Shown piece by piece: positions 1-6,896 of a DNA stretch of 38,578 nucleotides. How positions within the stretch are numbered: position 1 is the stretch's first letter; every line of letters begins with the position of its first letter. The notes under the pieces are model-generated. The model did no database searches. It saw only the letters and a list, made by a program, of their open reading frames with translations, and was not told the DNA's origin. Origin of the DNA: a virus; IMG/VR virus record IMGVR_UViG_3300038682_000122; one strand, 5' to 3'. The translations under genes and the position numbers were made by a program.

Positions 1-77
1 TGTGGCGATTGTGGCGGCTCTGGTAGGCGCGTTTATTATATGGAAGGTGAGAAAATGAAAACCGAAGTGAACAAACC
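1..77. repeat. Terminal direct repeat, copy 1 (identical to 38502..38578). Closure overlap of a circular or circularly permuted genome.
   Basis: Bases 1-77 (tgtggcgattgtggcggctctggtagg...gaagtgaacaaacc) match 38502-38578 base for base. Confidence 0.9.
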
Positions 78-249
78 GACAAAATCAAAGATCAACTATA
101 CCGCGTTGCTGATTTCGCTGGTCACGCTTGGCTTGCTGCTTGGCGGTGCATCGCCCGAGGTTAAATCGGAAGTGCTGACCATTACCACGCTTGTTGGTCC
201 GGCGCTGATTATGACCTTGCGCACTTGGTTTACGAACGTGAAACCATGA
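55..249 (+). CDS. Holin-like small membrane protein with two predicted TM helices
   Basis: The ATG at 55 overlaps the amidase stop in wrapped coordinates (ATGA), and GGAAGGTGAG lies upstream. Hydrophobic segments are ALLISLVTLGLLLGG and LTITTLVGPALIMTL. It sits immediately after the endolysin. Confidence 0.55.
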   Translation: MKTEVNKPTKSKINYTALLISLVTLGLLLGGASPEVKSEVLTITTLVGPALIMTLRTWFTNVKP

Positions 250-261
250 GAGGAAATCACC

Positions 262-375
262 ATGACTAAGGAACTACGGAAAATATTAGCTGATCTTCTA
301 CGCCGACAAGTTAGGTTGGGGGAGCCTTTTGAGGACGCTATATATAGCAACCTTGATAGCCTTTATGAATCATGA
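262..375 (+). CDS. 37-aa hypothetical protein in the lysis cassette (below the ORF-track cutoff)
   Basis: The ATG at 262 is preceded by GAGAGGAAA. The stop TGA at 373-375 overlaps the next ATG at 372 (ATGA). Translation: MTKELRKILADLLRRQVRLGEPFEDAIYSNLDSLYES. Confidence 0.4.
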   Translation: MTKELRKILADLLRRQVRLGEPFEDAIYSNLDSLYES

Positions 376-608
376 TTTGGGCCTTCATCAAATCCGGTGC
401 GGGAAAGATTGTCGGCATTGCCGTGCTGGTGCTGGCCGCGCTTGGGTTGGCTCGGCAATCCGGCAAGAAGGCGGCAGAGAATAAGCGCAAGGTTGCTGAT
501 CTTGAAGCCGAAAAGAAAACACGCGAAAGGATGGATAATGCAAAACCTGCTGAAAATGTTGATGATGCTCGGGACAATCTTAACGATTGGTTGCACCCAG
601 ACGATTAG
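372..608 (+). CDS. Putative i-spanin (Rz-like): N-terminal TM anchor plus a charged coiled-coil periplasmic domain
   Basis: N-terminal TM segment IVGIAVLVLAALGLA followed by a K/E-rich helix (KKAAENKRKVADLEAEKKTRE). A lipoprotein ORF overlaps its 3' end, which is the classic spanin architecture. Confidence 0.55.
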   Translation: MIWAFIKSGAGKIVGIAVLVLAALGLARQSGKKAAENKRKVADLEAEKKTRERMDNAKPAENVDDARDNLNDWLHPDD

Positions 609-741
609 TGAGCAAGCCGTTTGCGATGGGATACGTGATAGCCTTATGGCGCTGACTGACGTTGTGCTGCAAGAAGGCTCGGACGCCATTGTGGTAGCGA
701 CCGAGATTGTGGTTGTTAAGTATCGGGCTGGGTGTGGTTAG
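538..741 (+). CDS. Putative o-spanin (Rz1-like outer-membrane lipoprotein), overlapped with the i-spanin gene
   Basis: An internal ATG at 538 in the +1 frame gives MQNLLKMLMMLGTILTIGC, a signal peptide ending in the lipobox-like LTIGC. The mature part is about 49 aa. It overlaps 372..608 by 71 nt. Confidence 0.5.
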   Translation: MQNLLKMLMMLGTILTIGCTQTISEQAVCDGIRDSLMALTDVVLQEGSDAIVVATEIVVVKYRAGCG

Positions 742-1040
742 GCCCTACGGTGAAAAACTTTATCAGCGGTTTTTTGACCAACAAGATATTCGTATGCTTC
801 ATATAGTTCACCGAAGTTGACGCATACGGAAGCCTCCACTGATGTTCTTAAATCAGCGCAGGTTTCGCACGTTTTATAAGTTTGCCAAAAATCATCCCAT
901 AAGCCTGTAACATTTTCGTAAGTGCTTCCTTTAGTTATATCACGCCCGCACTCGCAACAAGTGTGCTGCTTGCGCGCCACAACTTCAACCGACCTAAATA
1001 CTTTCGGCAGATCAGCACTATAATAGCAACAACTCATCAC
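738..1040 (-). CDS. Cys-rich hypothetical protein (CxxC...CxxC zinc-ribbon-like), last gene of the leftward arm
   Basis: 100-aa ORF containing CCECG and CETC pairs. Its start overlaps the upstream gene. Confidence 0.5.
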   Translation of the reverse strand: MMSCCYYSADLPKVFRSVEVVARKQHTCCECGRDITKGSTYENVTGLWDDFWQTYKTCETCADLRTSVEASVCVNFGELYEAYEYLVGQKTADKVFHRRA

Positions 1041-1318
1041 TCACCCCCTTCGGTTTTCATGGCGCGGATGCGCTTTGCTGAATCCACTTTTGCCGCGCCC
1101 CATATACCCATTTTGGATGGGCGGCGCTGTGGGTTTGGCGGCTCGGCTTTGAGCGCAGCCTCCTCCAACACCGCATCCCTAATGGCTTTCTCCGCAACGT
1201 ATAGGACTATACGCATAGCGCTTTCCGGCCCGCCACGGTGTTCCTCCCTGCGGCTTTCGTAGGCGGCAATCATATCCTCAATCAGTTTGGCTTCGGTTTT
1301 TTTGGGTAGGTTCATCAT
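1037..1318 (-). CDS. Hypothetical protein
   Basis: ORF 1037..1363 trimmed to the ATG at 1318, which is preceded by AAAGGA on the minus strand. Confidence 0.45.
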   Translation of the reverse strand: MMNLPKKTEAKLIEDMIAAYESRREEHRGGPESAMRIVLYVAEKAIRDAVLEEAALKAEPPNPQRRPSKMGIWGAAKVDSAKRIRAMKTEGGE

Positions 1319-1475
1319 TCTGTCCTTTCGCAAATACTTTGGAGATGCTTCTTTTTGATCCACTTATTAGTTCATCTAATGAATCCACGTCTGCCTTGTT
1401 GATTTCTGGATGCCGAGCGCATGTCCGGTAAGGGCATGTGCATAGAAATCCATCATACTTGCAAATTGTCATCAC
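1278..1475 (-). CDS. Hypothetical small Cys-containing protein
   Basis: 65-aa ORF. Its start overlaps the stop of 1472..1846, and its 3' end overlaps the next gene by about 41 nt. Confidence 0.35.
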   Translation of the reverse strand: MMTICKYDGFLCTCPYRTCARHPEINKADVDSLDELISGSKRSISKVFAKGQNDEPTQKNRSQTD

Positions 1476-1846
1476 TCACCACTTTCACAAACGGGCATAG
1501 CTGGCCCGTATACAGCATAAGTCAGCCCGCAAGCAGCGAACCCAAGCACAATGCCCACAAACAAGGCGAGGCGGCAGGTTTCATCGTTCTTCCACTCCAA
1601 CTCCTTAGCTTTCGGCTTGACCATATCTTTCTTAGCGTCGAGCACCCCCTGCTGATAAGAGATCAGTAGCAAGTCGTCATCCATTGGTATGCCAAACCTG
1701 GCTGGGTCGGCACGGACTGCATTGAGGCGGACATATTCTTCCGCACCGCCATCAGCCCACGTTGCAAGGTATTCGTTAATGATATACCACTTACCGTAGT
1801 TGTCCCCTTCTTTACGTGCGAATATTATTTCAGGTGCTTTAGTCAT
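1472..1846 (-). CDS. Hypothetical protein with a C-terminal TM segment
   Basis: 124-aa ORF with C-terminal LALFVGIVLGFAACGLTYAVYG. Tightly packed in the operon. Confidence 0.5.
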   Translation of the reverse strand: MTKAPEIIFARKEGDNYGKWYIINEYLATWADGGAEEYVRLNAVRADPARFGIPMDDDLLLISYQQGVLDAKKDMVKPKAKELEWKNDETCRLALFVGIVLGFAACGLTYAVYGPAMPVCESGE

Positions 1847-2109
1847 TATACTTTCCCCGCGAAATAATACCCAACTTTGTCTGGTATCTCACGATACCTT
1901 TTTTCCCACGCATCCTTAGCTTTTCTAGGGGTGGTATAATAATCATCAGCGTCTGCTTCGATGAGAAATGCTAGATATTCATCTGGCAGGACTTTCTCAC
2001 CGTCCACCAACGCGCCAGTAATTATGTATTTATGAAACATGTTATCCTCCAAAGTATGCCCGCCACCGTAGCAGCGGGCGGTTGGGTTAAAAGCGTATAG
2101 TTTTTTCAT
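1846..2109 (-). CDS. Hypothetical protein
   Basis: 87-aa ORF, packed in the operon. Confidence 0.45.
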   Translation of the reverse strand: MKKLYAFNPTARCYGGGHTLEDNMFHKYIITGALVDGEKVLPDEYLAFLIEADADDYYTTPRKAKDAWEKRYREIPDKVGYYFAGKV

Positions 2110-2284
2110 CTATGCGCTCGCCAATACTCTCACTAAGTAAATTTACCATTTGATCGTCTGGTGTGTCTGCATCTATCAGGTTAAAGATATTTTGCTGCAC
2201 GTCCAAAAGTGCCCGCACATATGCGTCATCCTCAAGTTGATCAACTTCTGCCAAAAGCTTTCTGGCCTGTTTTATTGTTAACAT
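2087..2284 (-). CDS. Hypothetical small acidic protein
   Basis: ORF 2087..2359 trimmed to the ATG at 2284, which lies 6 nt after AAGGAGA on the minus strand. Confidence 0.45.
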   Translation of the reverse strand: MLTIKQARKLLAEVDQLEDDAYVRALLDVQQNIFNLIDADTPDDQMVNLLSESIGERIDEKTIRF

Positions 2285-2300
2285 GTTCATTCTCCTTTGG

Positions 2301-3047
2301 TTAAAAGCTATACGAAACCCGCAGCACCGCCGCGTCATGCGCATAGTCGGCAAAGGCATAGTGGGTATATTCAGCGCCGAGGATGATGCGGCTATTCAAT
2401 GCCCAATCAAGCCCGGCACCATAGCTCATGCCCTCGTCAGCCACGCCAGAGGCCCAGGAATAGCCAACGTGGGCATAGGGGCTGACGCGCCCCATATCGA
2501 GGCCAGCGCGAGCTTTCACGGTGGCCACGCCAGTAATCGGGAATGTTTCGCTATCGTATACCGAATAGCTGACTTCCCCGCCAACAAGCACACTGCCCCA
2601 ATCCCACAGGTAACCGGCTTGCGCACCGTAGATCAGGAATGTTTCCTTTTCTTCCTCGGTCCACGTTTCGGTATGGTCAAAATATTCCTCGGTGCCGACC
2701 ACACGCTCGCGGGCGTTGTCAAAATAATGCTGGTTCATACCAGGGAAGCCACCATTGCAATAGCGTTCATCGAGTTGGCGGTTCCAATCGTTTTGCCACC
2801 ACTTCCAGCACTCGGTCACGTCACGGGTTTTGTAAATATCCTCGCTGTATTCCGTGATTTTCCGCATTGCTGCCGCGCCAGCATGAATGCCGATGTAAGC
2901 GCCGGAGAATGGGCTGATAGGCACAAATGGCGCGGGCGGTGCAGGCGGCACAACTTCCTGAGTTTCGCCGGTGGCGTAAACATAGTTACCTGCATAAGCG
3001 GGCATGGCGAGGCTGATAAGGGCGGTTGTGAGTAAGATTTTCTTCAT
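2301..3047 (-). CDS. Outer-membrane beta-barrel protein, Omp25/Omp31 (porin-family, RopB-like) type; moron
   Basis: - Signal peptide MKKILLTTALISLAMPAYA.
- Pro-rich linker PPAPPAPF, then FSGAYIGIHAG as in Omp31-type N-termini.
- Alternating aromatic/Gly beta strands.
- C-terminal RVSYSF with a terminal Phe.
- AAGGA ribosome-binding site, and 138 nt of non-coding DNA upstream. Confidence 0.75.
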   Translation of the reverse strand: MKKILLTTALISLAMPAYAGNYVYATGETQEVVPPAPPAPFVPISPFSGAYIGIHAGAAAMRKITEYSEDIYKTRDVTECWKWWQNDWNRQLDERYCNGGFPGMNQHYFDNARERVVGTEEYFDHTETWTEEEKETFLIYGAQAGYLWDWGSVLVGGEVSYSVYDSETFPITGVATVKARAGLDMGRVSPYAHVGYSWASGVADEGMSYGAGLDWALNSRIILGAEYTHYAFADYAHDAAVLRVSYSF

Positions 3048-3185
3048 AGTTTTATCCTTTCAGGGACATATAGGTTGCTACCAAGATAGGCAGCGGGGAT
3101 AGGACTGACACAGCACAAACTAGGTCAATCAAGGTCAGGAGAATAATCTCCCACCATTTCAGTTCGGGCGGGTGGTAGTCGGGGG

Positions 3186-3785
3186 TCATGCTTCAATCTC
3201 CAATATGTTCCGGCGCTCAACGGTGAACGTGTAAGCCGCCACCCATGGGTTGCTGGCCCATGTGTCAAGGCCATTGATCTTGTCAATAATTTCGGCAAAA
3301 CCCAACCGATAGCTTTCGGACGGATTCCGCGCAGTGCCAAACTCATGCGGATTGGAGCCTTCGGCCCTTGCCTCCGCCTCGCTAATATCCTGCAATCGCT
3401 GGACGCGAACATCTGTCACGGTCAGAGTCATGCGGCTGGACCATTTGGGCATTTCATCTGCAAACTGCCATTCTATGCCGGGCTGCGTGTCATCAATGAA
3501 AGCCTCGTGGCCTTTGTAAATTGTCGCAGTTTCGGGGAAGTATGTTGTCGCCCACATTTCTTGAACCCAAAGGCGGTCTCCAACTTTGTAGGGAACGTGC
3601 AATGGTTCGTCGCTGCTTTCAGACCGTGGGTAAGAATGCGGGTTATATTCCCATTCATCCTCATTCATAAAAACTGATGACGATGGTGGAATCTGTTGCT
3701 TCAAAATGCGTCGCGTCTGCGTTTTCCGGCCTTCCCACGCAGCAAGGGCCATATCGGGCTGGAATAGTATCGGGTGGTCAATCAT
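3186..3785 (-). CDS. ASCH (PUA-like) domain protein
   Basis: The N-terminus has AAWEGRKTQTRR, matching the GxKTxTRR signature of ASCH domains. 199 aa. Confidence 0.6.
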   Translation of the reverse strand: MIDHPILFQPDMALAAWEGRKTQTRRILKQQIPPSSSVFMNEDEWEYNPHSYPRSESSDEPLHVPYKVGDRLWVQEMWATTYFPETATIYKGHEAFIDDTQPGIEWQFADEMPKWSSRMTLTVTDVRVQRLQDISEAEARAEGSNPHEFGTARNPSESYRLGFAEIIDKINGLDTWASNPWVAAYTFTVERRNILEIEA

Positions 3786-4018
3786 GGCTTGCCTACCAAT
3801 CCGCAGTAGCCGCTTGTTGATGGGCGAACAGCATCTTGTTGTTCCATCTCGGACATTGCCAAGCCATCCGGTTCATCCCACCGCCAAGCCATGCACTCTG
3901 AGCCTCGGCATCTTATACCCCCTGCAAAGTAAACTGCTTCCCGCCCGTTAATTTCATCCGGGCAGTCGCTTGCCAATGTTTGCGGACACCATTTGTTTTT
4001 TGCTTCTTCCTCAGTCAT
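3782..4018 (-). CDS. Small Cys-rich protein, CMAWRW...GYCGL family, paralog 1
   Basis: Pattern MTEEEAKNKWCPQ...CRGSECMAWRW...GYCGLVGKP. It shares three sequence blocks with 6897..7166 at both protein and DNA level. Confidence 0.65.
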   Translation of the reverse strand: MTEEEAKNKWCPQTLASDCPDEINGREAVYFAGGIRCRGSECMAWRWDEPDGLAMSEMEQQDAVRPSTSGYCGLVGKP

Positions 4019-4422
4019 ACCGTATCCCCCAATTCTTCAAGCCGCTCAATTACGGCGCGCGGCATTTTGCAACCGAAATATTCGGCGCGAATACGCTCGA
4101 TCTCGGCGATATCCTCAACGCGCTTGGCAAGACTTTTATATGACAACGTCAGCGGGTGAACATCACGGCCCTTGGTAGCCATATCCCAACTTTCCTCAGC
4201 AACACATTCCGCAACAAAATCTGTAATATCTCCCATCGAGGATATTTTGTCACCCTTCATGTCTAAGCTAAGCACTTGGATGGTCCAATAGTTATCCTCG
4301 CCAGTTGCTAAGTCATTCACCATTTTGGCAAAGTCAGAATAAAGATGTTCATAAACATGGCTCTTGTGAGCACCGTCATTCTGGACTAGCATGTATTGCA
4401 TTATTTCCATTGTGTCAGTCAT
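4015..4422 (-). CDS. Hypothetical acidic protein
   Basis: 135-aa ORF whose stop overlaps the next gene's start. Confidence 0.5.
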   Translation of the reverse strand: MTDTMEIMQYMLVQNDGAHKSHVYEHLYSDFAKMVNDLATGEDNYWTIQVLSLDMKGDKISSMGDITDFVAECVAEESWDMATKGRDVHPLTLSYKSLAKRVEDIAEIERIRAEYFGCKMPRAVIERLEELGDTV

Positions 4423-4447
4423 ATCAATTTTCTCCTAGTGTGGGGGC

Positions 4448-4735
4448 TCATAGCTTGCCCTTCGCTTTGGCGATGGCATTAAGCAAATCCCTTCGGTTTT
4501 CTGTTCCGTTTGGTATCTTTAATGCTTCCTCCATTATGCCTGCCAAAGCCTCCAGCAATTCCGCATTGGTGGCTTGCAGGGCTTCACGCTCGGCGGCTAG
4601 GGCTTCGTCAATCTGCCCCGCTAATGTTCTGGTGCTTGAGGCCAAAGCCCATGACCAATGTGAAGCTATCCCCCACGCGACTTCACTGTGGATTTTTACT
4701 GGGACACCTTCAGGTGCTACGCTCGGTTTCCTCAT
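4448..4735 (-). CDS. Hypothetical protein
   Basis: 95-aa ORF. Its start lies 1 nt after the upstream stop. Confidence 0.45.
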   Translation of the reverse strand: MRKPSVAPEGVPVKIHSEVAWGIASHWSWALASSTRTLAGQIDEALAAEREALQATNAELLEALAGIMEEALKIPNGTENRRDLLNAIAKAKGKL

Positions 4736-4736
4736 A

Positions 4737-5312
4737 TCAATTCCCTCCTATCGGAATACTCACGGAGAGCGTGAATACCCCCGAGGTTTTGCTGGTATAG
4801 AGCGGGATAAAACCCACATTTAAATCAACGCCGTTGTTGAACCGCGCCTTAACGTGCGGGCCGATGACAAGCACAAAATCGCCCATTGTTGGCCAGCCGT
4901 GCGCCGCTGCTTTCGGGGCAAACTCGGCATATTCAAACATGCCAGCAAAGCCCCCGCCGCGAATTTCAATCTGTCCAATGTCAAACAGGCGCGTGTCAGC
5001 AAATCCGAGTCCATAGATCGTGCGGTTTCCGTAACTGTTGGAATATGCACCAGCCTGAAAGCCATACTGAAAAACCTTGTCGGCACGGAATGTCACGCTG
5101 GCATTAAGGCCGGGGTTGAATTGTTCATACTCATTGGCATGGCCAGGGTGATAACTGCCCAAGGTCGCGCCGAGGCGGAATTGCGTTTCAGCCTGAGATG
5201 GTCGCCCAAAGGCCAGCATCATAATAACCACGAGGCCGATAATGGCGGCAATGTAGGCAATGTCGCGCAACATTTCGCGGATTTGGCCGTGGTTTCTATC
5301 TCGGTATTTCAT
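4737..5312 (-). CDS. Secreted or membrane beta-rich protein (possible small outer-membrane barrel); moron with its own promoter
   Basis: Long hydrophobic segment IAYIAAIIGLVVIMMLAF followed by SQA-E. The mature region of about 150 aa is rich in G/Y/F alternating strands. A consensus promoter sits immediately upstream. Confidence 0.5.
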   Translation of the reverse strand: MKYRDRNHGQIREMLRDIAYIAAIIGLVVIMMLAFGRPSQAETQFRLGATLGSYHPGHANEYEQFNPGLNASVTFRADKVFQYGFQAGAYSNSYGNRTIYGLGFADTRLFDIGQIEIRGGGFAGMFEYAEFAPKAAAHGWPTMGDFVLVIGPHVKARFNNGVDLNVGFIPLYTSKTSGVFTLSVSIPIGGN

Positions 5313-5344
5313 ATCAATTCCCCTAGTTGCCTCGATAAAACCAT

Positions 5345-5371
5345 ACTATACGCACAATTATTGGGTGTCAA
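5345..5371 (-). promoter_or_regulatory. Sigma70-type promoter for 4737..5312
   Basis: Minus strand reads CTTGACA-N15-TATAGT. On the plus strand, TGTCAA is at 5366-5371 and ACTATA at 5345-5350. Confidence 0.55.
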
Positions 5372-5403
5372 GCGCAATGTTTGCCTATAGGGGAAATTAT
5401 TTA

Positions 5404-5778
5404 TCAATGGTCTATTGAGTAATCATCGCCGTAAATCTTAATTAGCGTGTCAATAATCCCGAATGAATCATGCCCTTTAGCTTCAATGAAGGCCGTTGGG
5501 TTGCGGTGAAAGCTACCAGCGAAATCCCGGCTATGGCACTTCACCAGCATTGGCATACAGGAAAACATGTTCTTTTTATGGCTTCCTTTCCTATCGTGAT
5601 ATTGATGGTGCAGATCAAGCGGCCCGTATCTGCCGCAGCACCAACAAGGAAGGTGAGTCATTTCATTTGCATACCAATTCTCTGCTGTGGTTTTTTCAGG
5701 CTTGCGGCTATTCGGCCTAAACGGCTTGCGAACCTTAGGTTTCTTTTTTGGCTTTGGGCATGGCCTGAAATCAGTCAT
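5404..5778 (-). CDS. Small Zn-binding HNH-like (beta-beta-alpha-Me) nuclease, in a NinG/DUF968-like position
   Basis: Basic N-terminus (PKPKKKPKVRKP), then CWCCG...LDLHH...KKN...KCH. It is ATGA-coupled downstream of the NinB-like gene. Confidence 0.4.
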   Translation of the reverse strand: MTDFRPCPKPKKKPKVRKPFRPNSRKPEKTTAENWYANEMTHLPCWCCGRYGPLDLHHQYHDRKGSHKKNMFSCMPMLVKCHSRDFAGSFHRNPTAFIEAKGHDSFGIIDTLIKIYGDDYSIDH

Positions 5779-6242
5779 GCGGCCACCTTTTGGCTTTTCA
5801 AATAATCAACCATTTCCGGGTCCGGGTTGCTCAACTCAATTCCTAGCGCCGTGTATTTCTGCCAAACATGATCAAGGAATTGGTTCATTTGCTTGATCGT
5901 CATTTCACTGGTCACGGAAAACCCGAAATCGCGCATACATATTATTTTCTGCTCGTATGTCATCGGTTTAATAATCTCGTCATATTTTTGCCTGAATGAC
6001 TCGCTTGCTGCCCTCATAATCGGAACACCTATTTCAAGCTTCATTGTGGCTTGAATTGTTGCAGCATCGGTATCGCCGAGGTATTTTTCAATATCTGCTA
6101 CCCATAACCACATCAGATTATTTTGCTTTGTGCTTCTATCATCGCCAAGAACCCAGCTAATCCGCATCGGTAGCTTTTGAGTGCTTATGAACGTAAACAG
6201 GTTGCGAAGCTGTGCGATTGATTTGATGGAGCGGCTGGGCAT
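5775..6242 (-). CDS. ninB: NinB/Orf-family recombination mediator-like protein
   Basis: RSTKQNNLMWLWVADI resembles the lambda NinB RSLDQNRKLWACLGDV block. TSEMTIKQMNQFLDHV resembles TSRMRVGEFAELLELI. Confidence 0.5.
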   Translation of the reverse strand: MPSRSIKSIAQLRNLFTFISTQKLPMRISWVLGDDRSTKQNNLMWLWVADIEKYLGDTDAATIQATMKLEIGVPIMRAASESFRQKYDEIIKPMTYEQKIICMRDFGFSVTSEMTIKQMNQFLDHVWQKYTALGIELSNPDPEMVDYLKSQKVAA

Positions 6243-6257
6243 CGGTCTTTCCTTTCT

Positions 6258-6293
6258 GCCACCACCGCTAGCAACAAGGGGCGCGGTGGTGGC
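6258..6293 (-). other. Perfect 11-bp stem-loop between the C2H2 gene and ninB
   Basis: GCCACCACCGC (6258-6268) pairs with GCGGTGGTGGC (6283-6293) around a 14-nt loop. No U tract follows. Confidence 0.7.
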
Positions 6294-6304
6294 TTCCCCG
6301 TGGG

Positions 6305-6314
6305 GAACTGGTTA
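6305..6314. repeat. 10-bp direct repeat GAACTGGTTA, copy 1 (partner at 6839..6848)
   Basis: Exact 10-mer preceded by a CCCC run in both copies. This copy includes the stop codon of 6312..6806. Confidence 0.7.
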
Positions 6315-6806
6315 ATCGCTGTCTATTACGTCAAAATCGCATTCTTCATGATCCCTGTCTTTCGTAGACACATTTTTCAGGGCTGAAACAACAGCGGAAG
6401 AATCCTTGAAATACAGCATGTTAAGATTGTCATAAAAGCCCAAAACAGACGGGTGAAGCTCGACACAAAACCCGTCCTTGAATTTTACTGTCCAGTGATA
6501 GGCGCTGCGCACGACAACTTCCGAAAAAGATTCTATTTGCGACTTTACTCCTTCCATTTCCGCAATGTTTTCGGCTTTTTCGAATTTTTTGTATTTGGGC
6601 TTTTCCCCACATTCCAACCTGTGCTTTGCCGCCTTGTGGGCAGCAACGCCTTCAACGTTTTTGCATTTTTTACCGCAGATGTCGCACTTGTGCTTCTGCG
6701 ATTTCTTAACATCATATCGACCATACAAGACATTGTAGGCGTCTTCTGGACTGTCAAGCCAGCTTGAGTTTTCTTCGTAAAATGCCATTGCGGCTCCAAT
6801 GCCCAT
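6312..6806 (-). CDS. Hypothetical protein with a C2H2-type zinc finger; visibly AT-richer than its neighbours
   Basis: Contains CDICGKKCKNVEGVAAHKAAKH (C-x2-C-x12-H-x4-H). AAGGAAAG ribosome-binding site. Flanked by hairpins and direct repeats. Confidence 0.55.
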   Translation of the reverse strand: MGIGAAMAFYEENSSWLDSPEDAYNVLYGRYDVKKSQKHKCDICGKKCKNVEGVAAHKAAKHRLECGEKPKYKKFEKAENIAEMEGVKSQIESFSEVVVRSAYHWTVKFKDGFCVELHPSVLGFYDNLNMLYFKDSSAVVSALKNVSTKDRDHEECDFDVIDSD

Positions 6807-6828
6807 TTTCTTTCCTTTTATAAAAAGC

Positions 6829-6870
6829 CCCCACCGCGAACTGGTTACTTAGGTAAAATGCGGTGAGGGA
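6829..6870 (-). other. 10-bp stem-loop (one mismatch) upstream of the C2H2 gene, related to the 6258..6293 hairpin
   Basis: CCCCCACCGC (6829-6838) pairs with GCGGTGAGGG (6861-6870). It has the same CACCGC/GCGGTG core as the other hairpin. Confidence 0.55.
6839..6848. repeat. 10-bp direct repeat GAACTGGTTA, copy 2
   Basis: Exact match to 6305-6314. Confidence 0.7.
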
Positions 6871-6896
6871 GTTGCCCCGAGAGGTTGGGGATTCGG

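Noticed and set aside
40-54. Upstream ATG at 40 for the holin-like ORF, and the start at 37888 for the amidase
   Set aside because: The internal ATGs at 55 and 37954 have Shine-Dalgarno sequences and ATGA coupling to the preceding stops. The upstream extensions overlap the preceding genes.
2283-3035. 250-aa plus-strand ORF covering the same DNA as the outer-membrane protein gene
   Set aside because: It is antisense to an ORF with a clear signal peptide, a beta-barrel pattern, a terminal Phe and a ribosome-binding site. Its own translation is low-complexity, with no start context.
3048-3185. Short stems (CCACC/GGTGG and GGAGA/TCTCC) between the ASCH and OMP genes, considered as a terminator/promoter pair
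   Set aside because: The stems are only 5 bp with no U tract, and I found no convincing -35/-10 pair. I left the region as unannotated spacer.
4305-5390. Plus-strand ORFs of 172 and 178 aa in the leftward arm
   Set aside because: They are antisense to well-packed minus-strand genes, including the exported protein with its own promoter.
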